Below are positions 8,355-16,469 of a DNA stretch of 42,315 bases, piece by piece. The notes under the pieces were generated by a model. It saw only the letters and a program-made list of their open reading frames with translations. It was not told the DNA's origin and made no database searches. This DNA is from a virus. Its lineage: Duplodnaviria; Caudoviricetes. The stretch lies in IMG/VR virus record IMGVR_UViG_3300048574_000208, positions 1-42,315 of that record; one strand, written 5' to 3'. How positions within the stretch are numbered: position 1 is the stretch's first letter; each line of letters opens with the position of its first letter. The translations under genes and the position numbers were made by a program.

Positions 8355-8412
8355 GACCACATTAGGACCACACGCGGACGGAGTCAACGACTTCGACCAC
8401 AAAAAGACCACA
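8355..8412. promoter_or_regulatory. Four GACCACA direct repeats (two pairs, 11-bp period), putative operators
   Basis: Copies at 8355, 8366, 8395 and 8406; overlap the -10 and spacer and lie just upstream of the -35. Confidence 0.65.
8359..8387 (-). promoter_or_regulatory. Sigma70-type promoter for the acidic-protein/RHH operon
   Basis: TTGACT (8387-8382), 17-nt spacer, TAATGT (8364-8359). Confidence 0.7.
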
Positions 8413-8494
8413 AATCGACCGAGCCAGCATGGATGGCCGAGGTGAGGTGAGTTTCTGGGCGCCTCCGCCGCCGCCCACGCCACCTCGCCGTGCC

Positions 8495-8672
8495 CGCCAG
8501 GAAGTCGCGCCCGCAACCCAACGGGTTTGTTGGCACCTGCTCACGATTCGTAATCAGCAGGTCGCCGGTTCGAGTCCGGCCATCGGCTCCACGCCCCACG
8601 CGGTTTTGAGCGGTCGCTCGGTGGTCCGAACAGCCACCGGGATGGACCCGCCAGAAAATCCGCCAGGAAATC
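8495..8672 (+). repeat. Putative integrase arm-type sites CGCCAGRAARTC
   Basis: Copies at 8495-8506, 8649-8660 and 8661-8672, on both sides of the att core. Confidence 0.6.
8545..8591 (+). other. attP core: 3' half of tRNA-Thr(CGT)
   Basis: GATTCGTAATCAGCAGGTCGCCGGTTCGAGTCCGGCCATCGGCTCCA contains anticodon loop CGT, T-arm GGTTCGAGTCC, acceptor strand and CCA; 5' half absent; 80 bp from the integrase stop. Confidence 0.88.
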
Positions 8673-9846
8673 AGGCCCGGCGCCTGAGCGAGTAGAGCCG
8701 CCCGCCGAGCTCCGCATCTTCGAGGCGCGCCTCCTCCCGGCGCCGCTCGACCTTCGCGATCGCGGCGACCAAGGTGGTATCGCTGATGGCCGCATACCAG
8801 CGCATCGTGGTCTTGATGTCCTGGTGACCGAGCAGTCGCGAGACCTCGTAGAGACTCAGACCGCAGTCCAGCCAATGGGCCCCGGCCGAGCGTCTGAGGC
8901 CGTGGAAGTTGGTGCGCGTGACCTGGGCGCGCTCTACGGCGTCTCGCGTCTCGCGCGAGAGGTTTCCGAGCGCCGAGAGGCCCTCGGCCGAGAAGAGCCA
9001 CTCCGAACCCGGCCAGATCTTCGCGGCCTGCTCGAGCCACCACTCCGCCTTGTCTGTGAGCGGCACGATCCTTGGCCGCCCCTTGGGCTTCCACCCCGTG
9101 GCCGGGTCGGGGCCTATCCAGATCCCGCGGCGCCCGACGTCACCCCGGATCCACTCGGGGCGCGCAAACGCCAGCTCGCTCGCGCGCAGGCCCGTCTCGA
9201 GCACGAACCCCGAGCGCACCTGGTGCATCGGCCAGCACTGAGTCAGGTAGGCGTCCCACTCGCTGTACGGGAGCCAGGGGCCGAGCTCGTGCTCGTGCTC
9301 GATCTCGATGTCGGTGGTCGGGTCGTCGACGAGCCAGTGTTTCGAGATCGCCCACCGAAACCCCGCTCGCAGCGTCCGGTAGTAGGTCGCGACCGTGGCC
9401 GACGAGTCGCCCGAGGCCTTCGGCGAGTAGGTCCCGGCTGCGACCGTATCCAGGAAGTCGACCAGGTCCATGCGATAGACGCGGGCGGGTGCCCTCCCCT
9501 CTCCCACGTGGCGCGCGAAAAGCGACCACACCTGGTGATAGGACCTCAACGTCTTCGGCGAGAGTTTGGGACGTGTCGCGATCGCCTCGACCAGCTCGCG
9601 GAGCGTCAGCGGGGCCGGGTCTGGCGCGGTGATGCGCCCGCGCTGGTAGCTGGTCCAGATCGTGTCCGCGATGGCCCTGGCTTCGTCCTCTCGGCTTGCT
9701 GATGTCTCAGCCGGGCGAGCACCCCGGAAGCCCGAGACGACACGGAATGTCGCCCGCTCGGGTCGGTAGTAGACGACGACGGAGAAGCGGCCGTCGTCGA
9801 GTCGGACGAGAGCGTTTGGAGATCCGGGGGGCCGTCCTCGGGGCAT
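8671..9846 (-). CDS. int: Tyrosine integrase
   Basis: ETGLRASEL (R), KPK (K), HGLRRS (HxxR), LLGHQD and RWY (Tyr); adjacent to attP. Confidence 0.95.
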   Translation of the reverse strand: MPRGRPPGSPNALVRLDDGRFSVVVYYRPERATFRVVSGFRGARPAETSASREDEARAIADTIWTSYQRGRITAPDPAPLTLRELVEAIATRPKLSPKTLRSYHQVWSLFARHVGEGRAPARVYRMDLVDFLDTVAAGTYSPKASGDSSATVATYYRTLRAGFRWAISKHWLVDDPTTDIEIEHEHELGPWLPYSEWDAYLTQCWPMHQVRSGFVLETGLRASELAFARPEWIRGDVGRRGIWIGPDPATGWKPKGRPRIVPLTDKAEWWLEQAAKIWPGSEWLFSAEGLSALGNLSRETRDAVERAQVTRTNFHGLRRSAGAHWLDCGLSLYEVSRLLGHQDIKTTMRWYAAISDTTLVAAIAKVERRREEARLEDAELGGRLYSLRRRA

Positions 9847-9968
9847 GGGTCACCTGTCAACAGTGCGAGGATCTCTCTGTTGCGCCGCGCGCGCGAGAGC
9901 AGCGCGCGGGCCTGCCGCTCGTCAGCGTCGATCTCGAGCCGCAGCTCGTCAACGACGCGGGCTCTCAT
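9606..9968 (-). CDS. Small ORF coupled to the C5-MTase stop and overlapping the int 5' end
   Basis: ATGA overlap; first 40 aa look like a real helix, remainder is low-complexity overlap with int. Confidence 0.4.
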   Translation of the reverse strand: MRARVVDELRLEIDADERQARALLSRARRNREILALLTGDPCPEDGPPDLQTLSSDSTTAASPSSSTTDPSGRHSVSSRASGVLARLRHQQAERTKPGPSRTRSGPATSAGASPRQTRPR

Positions 9969-11407
9969 GCCGCCACCGCCGCGAGGCCGAGCTGCGACCT
10001 CACCAGAGCCTCGGCGACCGGCGGGCACACGCTGTTGCCCGCGAGGCGCACCTGCTCTGTCTTCGAGATGCGGCCCTCAAGCAGGTCGTAGTCCGGCGGG
10101 AAGCCCTGCGCACGGAACAGCTCGGCCGGCGTGAGCATCCGCATCCCGATGTCGGCGATCGTGTAGTCGACGCCGCGGATGGTCACGCGCGGCTCGTGTC
10201 CGAGGAGCTGGGCGACCTCGGTCCGCCGGTCCTGAGACAGCGTCGCGGTGACGAGCGCGTGATGGTCGACGGCCGTGACCGTGGGCACCGGCTCGGCGAG
10301 GTCGCGACCGTAGGCGCCCCGCGGCCCGCCGAAGTGTCGGCAGAGGTACGCGCACGCGAGGCCGTGTTTGATGCCGCCTGCGACGACCGTGGTCAGCGGC
10401 GCCGCCAGGTCGAGAACGCGCGGGTCCTGCCCCACCCTCTCGCCGTATCCGGTCTGGACGAGGTAGGGCGCGACCAGAGCATGGTGGATGCCGCCGGCCG
10501 AGATCGTCGACAGCGGGTCGTCGAGCGACCTGGCCGACGCGTCGACATGGGCCGCGTCGGTTCCGCGGAACAGCACCAGGTGAGGCGACACGAGCGCGAA
10601 GCGGTCACGGGTCGTCGCGGTGCCGAGCGGACTGTCCACGCCGCGCGCCGTGGCAGTCCCATAGTATTCGACCACGAAGGGCTCGGCGGCGCCCTCGACG
10701 AAGCGCTCGATGCCGCGCGCGATGCGGGCCAGGGTCTTCTCGGCGAGCGGCCGAGCACGGCCGAAGATCGACGGCACCGGCAGCGACCAGTCGATCACCT
10801 CCGCAGCCGAACGCCATGGCCTCGAGCGGCCCGGGCCGTGAGTCAGAGCGGGCCACTCGATCGGCCTGCGGTCGCGTCGCGCGACGAGAAACAGGCGCTT
10901 GCGGGTGGTCGGTGTGCCGTAGTCGGCGGCGACCAGCGAGCGCCACTCGACCACGTATCCGAGCCAGTGGAGCTGAGCGACCCAGGCCGCGAACGACGAG
11001 CCCTTGCGCTCTGGGCAGGGTCGGCCGTCGTCGAGCAGCGGCCCCCAGCCCGCGAACTCCTCGACGTTCTCGAGGAGGATCACCTCGGGCCGCACCGCGC
11101 GCGCCCACTCGATCACGACGTGCGCGAGGGCCCGCCGCCCGGTCTCTCGGGGCTTGCCGCCCTTGGCCCGGCTGAAGTGCGTGCAGTCGGGCGAGGCCCA
11201 GAGGAGCTCGACCTTGCGACGCCCGCAGACCTCGCGAGGCGAGACGTCCCAGACCGAGGCGCAGAGGTGTTTGGTCTTCGGATGGTTGGCCGTGTGCATC
11301 GCGATAGCGGCCGCGCTGTGGTTGACGGCGACGTCGGGGTCGCGGCCGGTCGCGAGGCGGATGCCGGTGCTCGCGCCGCCGCCGCCGGCGAAGAGGTCGA
11401 CGATCAT
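9965..11407 (-). CDS. DNA cytosine-C5 methyltransferase (phage type)
   Basis: DLFAGGGG (motif I), ASPDC (IV), LENV (VI), PTTRKRLF (VIII), RMLTPAEL..AQGFP (IX), AGNSV (X). Confidence 0.93.
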   Translation of the reverse strand: MIVDLFAGGGGASTGIRLATGRDPDVAVNHSAAAIAMHTANHPKTKHLCASVWDVSPREVCGRRKVELLWASPDCTHFSRAKGGKPRETGRRALAHVVIEWARAVRPEVILLENVEEFAGWGPLLDDGRPCPERKGSSFAAWVAQLHWLGYVVEWRSLVAADYGTPTTRKRLFLVARRDRRPIEWPALTHGPGRSRPWRSAAEVIDWSLPVPSIFGRARPLAEKTLARIARGIERFVEGAAEPFVVEYYGTATARGVDSPLGTATTRDRFALVSPHLVLFRGTDAAHVDASARSLDDPLSTISAGGIHHALVAPYLVQTGYGERVGQDPRVLDLAAPLTTVVAGGIKHGLACAYLCRHFGGPRGAYGRDLAEPVPTVTAVDHHALVTATLSQDRRTEVAQLLGHEPRVTIRGVDYTIADIGMRMLTPAELFRAQGFPPDYDLLEGRISKTEQVRLAGNSVCPPVAEALVRSQLGLAAVAA

Positions 11408-11676
11408 CGGCCTCGCTCCGGATCTGAGATCCAGCCGATGGCCTTCTCGTAGGCCTTGGCCCTCTGCAGGTGCCGCTCGCGCGCGATGCCCTCGTACACC
11501 TGGCTCGCGCCCATGTGCATGGTGACCTGGTCGTGCAGCCACTCGACGAGTGCCTGCGTCTCGTCGCTGCCATGTGCCCTGAGTGCGACGACGAGCGGCG
11601 TGGTCTCGCCTCTCAGCGGGATGGTGTTGGGGTTGACGCCGTAGTCGGCGAGCAGCTCCTCAAGCGTGCGCGACAT
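11404..11676 (-). CDS. Hypothetical protein, 90 aa
   Basis: SD GAGGAGG; ATGA-coupled to the C5-MTase. Confidence 0.65.
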   Translation of the reverse strand: MSRTLEELLADYGVNPNTIPLRGETTPLVVALRAHGSDETQALVEWLHDQVTMHMGASQVYEGIARERHLQRAKAYEKAIGWISDPERGR

Positions 11677-12949
11677 CACCACCTCCTCGAACAAGGTGGG
11701 CGGGCGCGGCGGCGCCCTCGCTCCCCGGCTGGCGCCGTGGTGGCGCGGGCATGTCGGCCGCCGCCCAGACCGGAGGGTCCACACGAGTCGCCACTATCTC
11801 GGACGGGCTCGTCTCCAGTCGCCCTTCAAGGGGATCAACCCCGTCTTGGAATCCGGGTATGGCGAAGCGCGGCCGGTAGCCGAGCACCGCCTCGATCTGT
11901 CCTCCGAAGTGCTCCTCGACCCACCTCGCGTGGCTCTCGTCGGGCGCGAGGAGTGCGGGCTCGCCGTCGAGGGTCACACCGCGACCATCGAGCGGCTCGA
12001 GCCAGCGGACCATGTCCCGCGGCTCTTGGACCTCGCGCAGCAGCGCGAGAGCCTGCGTCCAGTCTTCGGCCCAATCCTCGTCAGGGACGGTCAAGAGGGC
12101 GTCGACCACGCGAGGAGGCGGAAGGTCACCTCGAGGCGTGGGCGACGGTGGTGATGGTGCCGGGCTCGGCGGGTCGACCGCCGGCCTGGGGCGAGGCACC
12201 TGCAGGAGCTTGTCGGACTCCCACTCGACCCGCTTCGCGAGCAGGACCAGCGGCGAGCGCCAGTAGCACGGCTGGCTGGCGAGGTGATGCCGGACCGCCT
12301 CCGCGAAGACCTCGGGCGCGATACCCTCGGCGAGCGCGACCAGGTCGGCGCGTGCGACCGTAGGTACCGCGACGCCGGCCCTCCGGAGCGTCTCGGCGTG
12401 AGCTTCCCAGGCCTCGACGGCCGCGCGTATCGGCTCCGGCACCATGACCTCTCCCTCGACCGGCGAGCCCATCGAGAGCTGCTCGGCCGGCACCTTGCGC
12501 CGCCGCGCCTTCGCTCGAGGACGAGAGAGAGAGGGCTCTATATATCTCTCTCTGTCGCTGTTCGGTGCCGCCGCACTTACCGAAGGCTCGACCTTCGGTG
12601 ACCCCTGCGGTGAGCTCTCTCTCTCCTCGGCGGGCGCGGGCAGAGGGTCGGCGCCGAGCTCGGCGGCCTTCGACGGCGACCTCTTCGGGCGACCGATGAC
12701 GAGCTCGCCGACGACGACCCGCACCCCATCGACGAGGCCCTCGTAGAGACGGACGGCCCCGACCTGCACGAGCTCGGAGAGGTGGGCCTCGACGGCGACG
12801 GCGTCGGTCAGGCGAAGGTGTCGGGTCAGCGCGCGAGCTCCGGCGGGGAAGCGACCTCGGGCCGAGCTCGCGGCCGTGAGGACGTAGTGCAGCATCCGGG
12901 CCCCGTCGCTCACGTCGCCCAGGCGCGGGTCGTCGAAGTCGAAGCTCAA
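11660..12949 (-). CDS. Putative replication initiator with C-terminal DnaA N-terminal-like domain
   Basis: TTG start overlapping upstream stop, SD GGAGG; N-terminal wHTH-like region, low-complexity linker, W..AL..L......RWLEPL......L.AP......WVEEHF...I pattern of DnaA domain I. Confidence 0.65.
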   Translation of the reverse strand: MSFDFDDPRLGDVSDGARMLHYVLTAASSARGRFPAGARALTRHLRLTDAVAVEAHLSELVQVGAVRLYEGLVDGVRVVVGELVIGRPKRSPSKAAELGADPLPAPAEERESSPQGSPKVEPSVSAAAPNSDRERYIEPSLSRPRAKARRRKVPAEQLSMGSPVEGEVMVPEPIRAAVEAWEAHAETLRRAGVAVPTVARADLVALAEGIAPEVFAEAVRHHLASQPCYWRSPLVLLAKRVEWESDKLLQVPRPRPAVDPPSPAPSPPSPTPRGDLPPPRVVDALLTVPDEDWAEDWTQALALLREVQEPRDMVRWLEPLDGRGVTLDGEPALLAPDESHARWVEEHFGGQIEAVLGYRPRFAIPGFQDGVDPLEGRLETSPSEIVATRVDPPVWAAADMPAPPRRQPGSEGAAAPAHLVRGGGDVAHA

Positions 12950-13536
12950 GCCCCACCTCCCGTGACGAGCGCCGTCAGCCGCTCGATCTGCGATCGCATG
13001 TCGGCGCACAGCGCCTCAGCCTGCGCGAGCTGGCCGTGCAGGGCCCGCAGCGCGTCGAGCGCTTCGCCGTCCGACCCAAGGAGGGCGCGCTCGTGTCCGC
13101 AGACGTGGCCCGTCGTTCCAACAAGTGGAAACAGCACGCCATCGCACTGCCGATAGTCGATGATCCCCGCGCCTTGCGTTGTGACTGCAAGCAGGTTGAG
13201 TTCGCCAAACTCGCTGCGCTCAGCCGCCCACCCCAGCGCCTTCGCCCGGCGCGCGATCGCGTCGAGCGGCGTTTCGGCCTGGGCGGCTGCAAGCTGCGCC
13301 CTCGCGGCCGCGCCCCGGCTGTCTCGATTGTCGCGCGCCACGCTCGTGAGGACCTCGAGCCGGTGCTCGTCGGTGGCGGCCTCGACGAGCTCGACCTCCT
13401 CGACGCGGGTCCAGCCCTCCGGCCACCCGCACGCAGCGATGCGGCCGTCTCGCTCGTCGCAGGCGAGCGACCACTCTTCGCCGAGCTCGCGATGCCGGAC
13501 GACGTCGCCGGCCCGGTAGGTTCGGGCCTCAGACAC
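12946..13536 (-). CDS. Hypothetical phage protein
   Basis: Coupled ORF; GDVVRH...GEEW...CGWPE N-terminal domain and C-terminal coiled coil. Confidence 0.7.
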   Translation of the reverse strand: MSEARTYRAGDVVRHRELGEEWSLACDERDGRIAACGWPEGWTRVEEVELVEAATDEHRLEVLTSVARDNRDSRGAAARAQLAAAQAETPLDAIARRAKALGWAAERSEFGELNLLAVTTQGAGIIDYRQCDGVLFPLVGTTGHVCGHERALLGSDGEALDALRALHGQLAQAEALCADMRSQIERLTALVTGGGA

Positions 13537-14485
13537 GGATCACCTCCCGCGGAAAGGACTTGTGCTCGACACCATCGAGCAGGCTGCCGGCTGCCTTCTT
13601 GCCAACCCTCACCATCCACTTAGCTTCGGGCTGTTCTCCTGCTGCGACCACGAGCGGCCCGAAGGGATTTTGACCGGAGTGCTTGGCTTCTTTGCTGCCC
13701 TCCTCGACCCACTCGCCCCACTGCTTGAAGAAGAACGGCACCCCCACCAGCGCGCAGTCGTCGCGGAGCTTGCGGGCCCAATCGGGATGCATGGGTCGGG
13801 CGTGCGGTCCGGCCTCGCCGCCCGCGATGACCCAGCCGATACCGTCAAGGTCGAGGGCGTAGAGAGGGCCGAGGAGCGGCTCGCATGACAGGAATCGTAG
13901 GGCAGCAGGCGTGGCCCTCAGCAATGCCACACGCGCATGGGCGGCGGCCTGGTCCTCGACGGAGACGCCAAGCCAGACATTGGGCAGCGGCCAGCCCGCC
14001 GAAGCGCGATAGGCGAGGGAGGCAAAGCCGTCGCCGAGCTCCGCCGACAGCGACTCAGACATCTCGGTGATGATGTCGACCCTCGACGCCCACTGGAACC
14101 ACTCGACCATCCTCCCCGGGCGCTTTGTGAGCACCTGGAACGTGTGGCGCTCGGCAAGCGACATCACCCCGAAGATCGCGGCGATGTCTCGAAAATCGAG
14201 AGACTCGTGGAACAGGTCCGACATCGAGTTGACGAAGATGCGTCGCGGCTTCTGCCATCTCATCGGCTGGTCCAGCATCTTCGGGACCATCTTGGCGACG
14301 CCAGTCCATCGTGCCTCGCCGCTCGCCGTCCTCCGCGCGAGCCCTTCGTAGGGCAGGCCCGGCCCCGAGAAGCGCGCGGCCACCGACTCGGCGTAGCAGT
14401 TGCGGCAGCCCTCGGAGACTCGCGCGCATCCGCGGATTGGGTTCCATGTCGCGTCGGTCCACTCGATACCCGTCTTGTCGCTCAT
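13529..14485 (-). CDS. DUF5131 (phage Gp37/Gp68) family protein
   Basis: IEWTDATWNPIRGC.RVSEGCRNCYAE, IFVNSMSDLFH, FQVLTKRP, NVWLGVSVE, FLSCEPLLG, WVIAGGE.G, FFFKQWGEW. Confidence 0.93.
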   Translation of the reverse strand: MSDKTGIEWTDATWNPIRGCARVSEGCRNCYAESVAARFSGPGLPYEGLARRTASGEARWTGVAKMVPKMLDQPMRWQKPRRIFVNSMSDLFHESLDFRDIAAIFGVMSLAERHTFQVLTKRPGRMVEWFQWASRVDIITEMSESLSAELGDGFASLAYRASAGWPLPNVWLGVSVEDQAAAHARVALLRATPAALRFLSCEPLLGPLYALDLDGIGWVIAGGEAGPHARPMHPDWARKLRDDCALVGVPFFFKQWGEWVEEGSKEAKHSGQNPFGPLVVAAGEQPEAKWMVRVGKKAAGSLLDGVEHKSFPREVIRV

Positions 14486-14787
14486 CCGACGTCCCTCCAT
14501 GCGGCCTCGGAGGCCCGCGACTTCTCGGCGTAGCGCCGGGCCCGCTTCACCCTCGCGAGGTAGGTCTCGCTGGGCTCGAGGTCGGCGACGCGGGTGACCG
14601 AGTAGAGAAGACCCACCGCCTGGCGGTCGGCCTTGGGGAGCCGGCCGTCGCCGAACAGGAACTGGTGCAGGGAGTGCTCGCTGAGGCCCGGGAGGAGCTC
14701 GCAGAGCCAGTCGGGGGTGTAGGCCTTCGCGAGGGTGCGAAGCTGGTGGACGAAGGCGGCGTCGTCGCTGATGGGAGGGAGGGCCAT
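14482..14787 (-). CDS. Hypothetical protein, 101 aa
   Basis: ATGA-coupled to DUF5131; SD GAGGTGG. Confidence 0.65.
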   Translation of the reverse strand: MALPPISDDAAFVHQLRTLAKAYTPDWLCELLPGLSEHSLHQFLFGDGRLPKADRQAVGLLYSVTRVADLEPSETYLARVKRARRYAEKSRASEAAWRDVG

Positions 14788-14788
14788 G

Positions 14789-15070
14789 TCACACCACCTC
14801 GGCGACAGGCGCATCGGCCGTCGGCTCGGTCTCGCCCTCACCCCCGAAGTCGACCTCGATGGTGAGACGCGGTCGGGTCACAGCTTTGACCTCGGCGATG
14901 AGCACGCTCGCACCGGTGAGCTCGTCGCTGTCCTCGATGTCGAAGGCGTCGCCGTTCGCACGGCACCAGGCCTTTGCGCGCCGCACGGTGTCGACCTGGT
15001 GCTTGATGTGGAGCACGCCCTCGGTGTCCTTCCAGAGCACCAACACCTGTCCCTGTTTCACGTCCTTCAT
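14789..15070 (-). CDS. Hypothetical protein, 93 aa
   Basis: SD GAGGAGG before ATG 15070. Confidence 0.7.
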   Translation of the reverse strand: MKDVKQGQVLVLWKDTEGVLHIKHQVDTVRRAKAWCRANGDAFDIEDSDELTGASVLIAEVKAVTRPRLTIEVDFGGEGETEPTADAPVAEVV

Positions 15071-15095
15071 CGCGTCCTCCTCGAGCTGCTCGACC

Positions 15096-15271
15096 GAGGC
15101 GAGGCCGGTGCCACCCGGCCCCGCCCCTACCCTCTCGCGCGGGTCGATCGCGCTCACATGCGCCGGGTCGGCGGCGCGGGGTTTGGGTGCCAGCGGCGCC
15201 CAGAGCAGGGCCGGACCTTCCGACCTCTGCCCTGAGCGCCTCCCCACGCGGCTGGCTCGCGCTGCCAGCCG
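15096..15271 (-). ncRNA. Candidate structured RNA element (three hairpins) in the early transcript
   Basis: Intergenic; stems at 15195-15240 (21 bp, 3 G-U, one bulged A), 15096-15127 (13 bp, 2 G-U) and 15249-15271 (8 bp); G-U pairs form only on the minus strand. Confidence 0.45.
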
Positions 15272-15302
15272 AGGCCGCTCCGTCGAGGGCCCCGGCGGGG
15301 TC

Positions 15303-16106
15303 TCAGGGGGCGACCATCACGGCCCATCGGGACCGGCCGACCATCACGCCGTCTTCGACGGCGTCGAGCTCGAAGAGGTCGCCCTCGAGCTTCTTGACGG
15401 CCCACGCGACGAACTTCTCGCGCGGCGTGTCCTCGAGCTCATCCACCGACACCCGGAACTGGATCTTGCCGCCGGACAGCTCGACCACGAGGGTGAAGGT
15501 CACGGGCGTCTTGAAGCTGGGGTCGCCGAACGGGATCTCGGACTGGATGCGCTTCGGGAGCGGCTTGCCGCCCGCGACCACGCCGGCCTTGGCCTCGGTC
15601 TTCACCGAGATGGCCGAGCCCGACTGCATGACGGTCGCGCCCTGGCTGGCCTCGGCGGTCAGGTGGGCGAGCATGCCGTCGACCTTCTGCGCCCCCTCCT
15701 CGTCGATGCCGGCCCGCACCTTGTCGAACCACTGGATGAACTCGCTGATCGACATCGGCGCGTCGGGCGGGAGGAAGTCGTCGAAGAAGTCGACCGTCGC
15801 GACGAGGCCGCTGTCGCGCGCATCCTCCTGGACCGCGCCGCCGATCGCCTTCGACGTCCCGGTACGGCTGATGAGCACGTCGCCCCCAGTGCCGAGCGTG
15901 CGACACCACTTCACGAGCGAGTCGAGGTCGGCGAGCTGCCGCTTGCGGTGCGCCTTCGGTGCGACCAGCGTCTCGTGCATGCCGGTGACCTGGTCGACCG
16001 CGATGGTCCTCCCATCGCTGAGCGCGATGAGCTCGATCCGCTTCTTCTTGCCGTTCTCCAGAGTGGCGATCTCGCGGATCGCGCTGCTGAGCACATCGTT
16101 CATCAC
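15303..16106 (-). CDS. Hypothetical phage protein (YfdQ/DUF2303-like position and size)
   Basis: 267 aa; follows a small acidic gene as is common in phage early operons; C-terminal LPKRI...IPF. Confidence 0.65.
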   Translation of the reverse strand: MMNDVLSSAIREIATLENGKKKRIELIALSDGRTIAVDQVTGMHETLVAPKAHRKRQLADLDSLVKWCRTLGTGGDVLISRTGTSKAIGGAVQEDARDSGLVATVDFFDDFLPPDAPMSISEFIQWFDKVRAGIDEEGAQKVDGMLAHLTAEASQGATVMQSGSAISVKTEAKAGVVAGGKPLPKRIQSEIPFGDPSFKTPVTFTLVVELSGGKIQFRVSVDELEDTPREKFVAWAVKKLEGDLFELDAVEDGVMVGRSRWAVMVAP

Positions 16107-16462
16107 TGCATCTCCTGCCGCTTACGACGTGCTCCGACCCGGACGACCTCGGCGTCGTCGAACGGGAGCTCGTCCTGTTTGCCCTTGTGGACCTGGATGC
16201 CGGTGCGGGTGTCCTGCCCGTAGAGCACGTCGTCCTTGCTCCGCGGCTCCTTGGTGCTGGTCCGCTGCAGGATCTCGACGGCCCCGCCGCCCTTCCAGGT
16301 CAGGCGGACCTCCATCGAGATCACGAACGGGCCCTCGCGCATCTCGCCCTCGTCCTGCAGCTCGAAGACCTCGCGCGCCCGCGACAGCGCGCGGTCGAAG
16401 CCCTTGTTCAGTCCCTCGAGGCCGCCCAGCGTGAGGGCCTCCCAATCGTCGTTCGTCGCCAT
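16103..16462 (-). CDS. Hypothetical protein, 119 aa
   Basis: SD GAGG; ends with QDELPF motif; coupled to the next gene. Confidence 0.7.
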   Translation of the reverse strand: MATNDDWEALTLGGLEGLNKGFDRALSRAREVFELQDEGEMREGPFVISMEVRLTWKGGGAVEILQRTSTKEPRSKDDVLYGQDTRTGIQVHKGKQDELPFDDAEVVRVGARRKRQEMQ

Positions 16463-16469
16463 CTGAACC

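Noticed and set aside
8355-8420. CRISPR or mini-array interpretation of the short repeats
   Set aside because: Repeats are 7 bp with 4-nt gaps; no spacer-length unique sequences and no cas genes
8545-8591. Complete tRNA gene
   Set aside because: No D-arm or 5' acceptor strand upstream; it is the att core only
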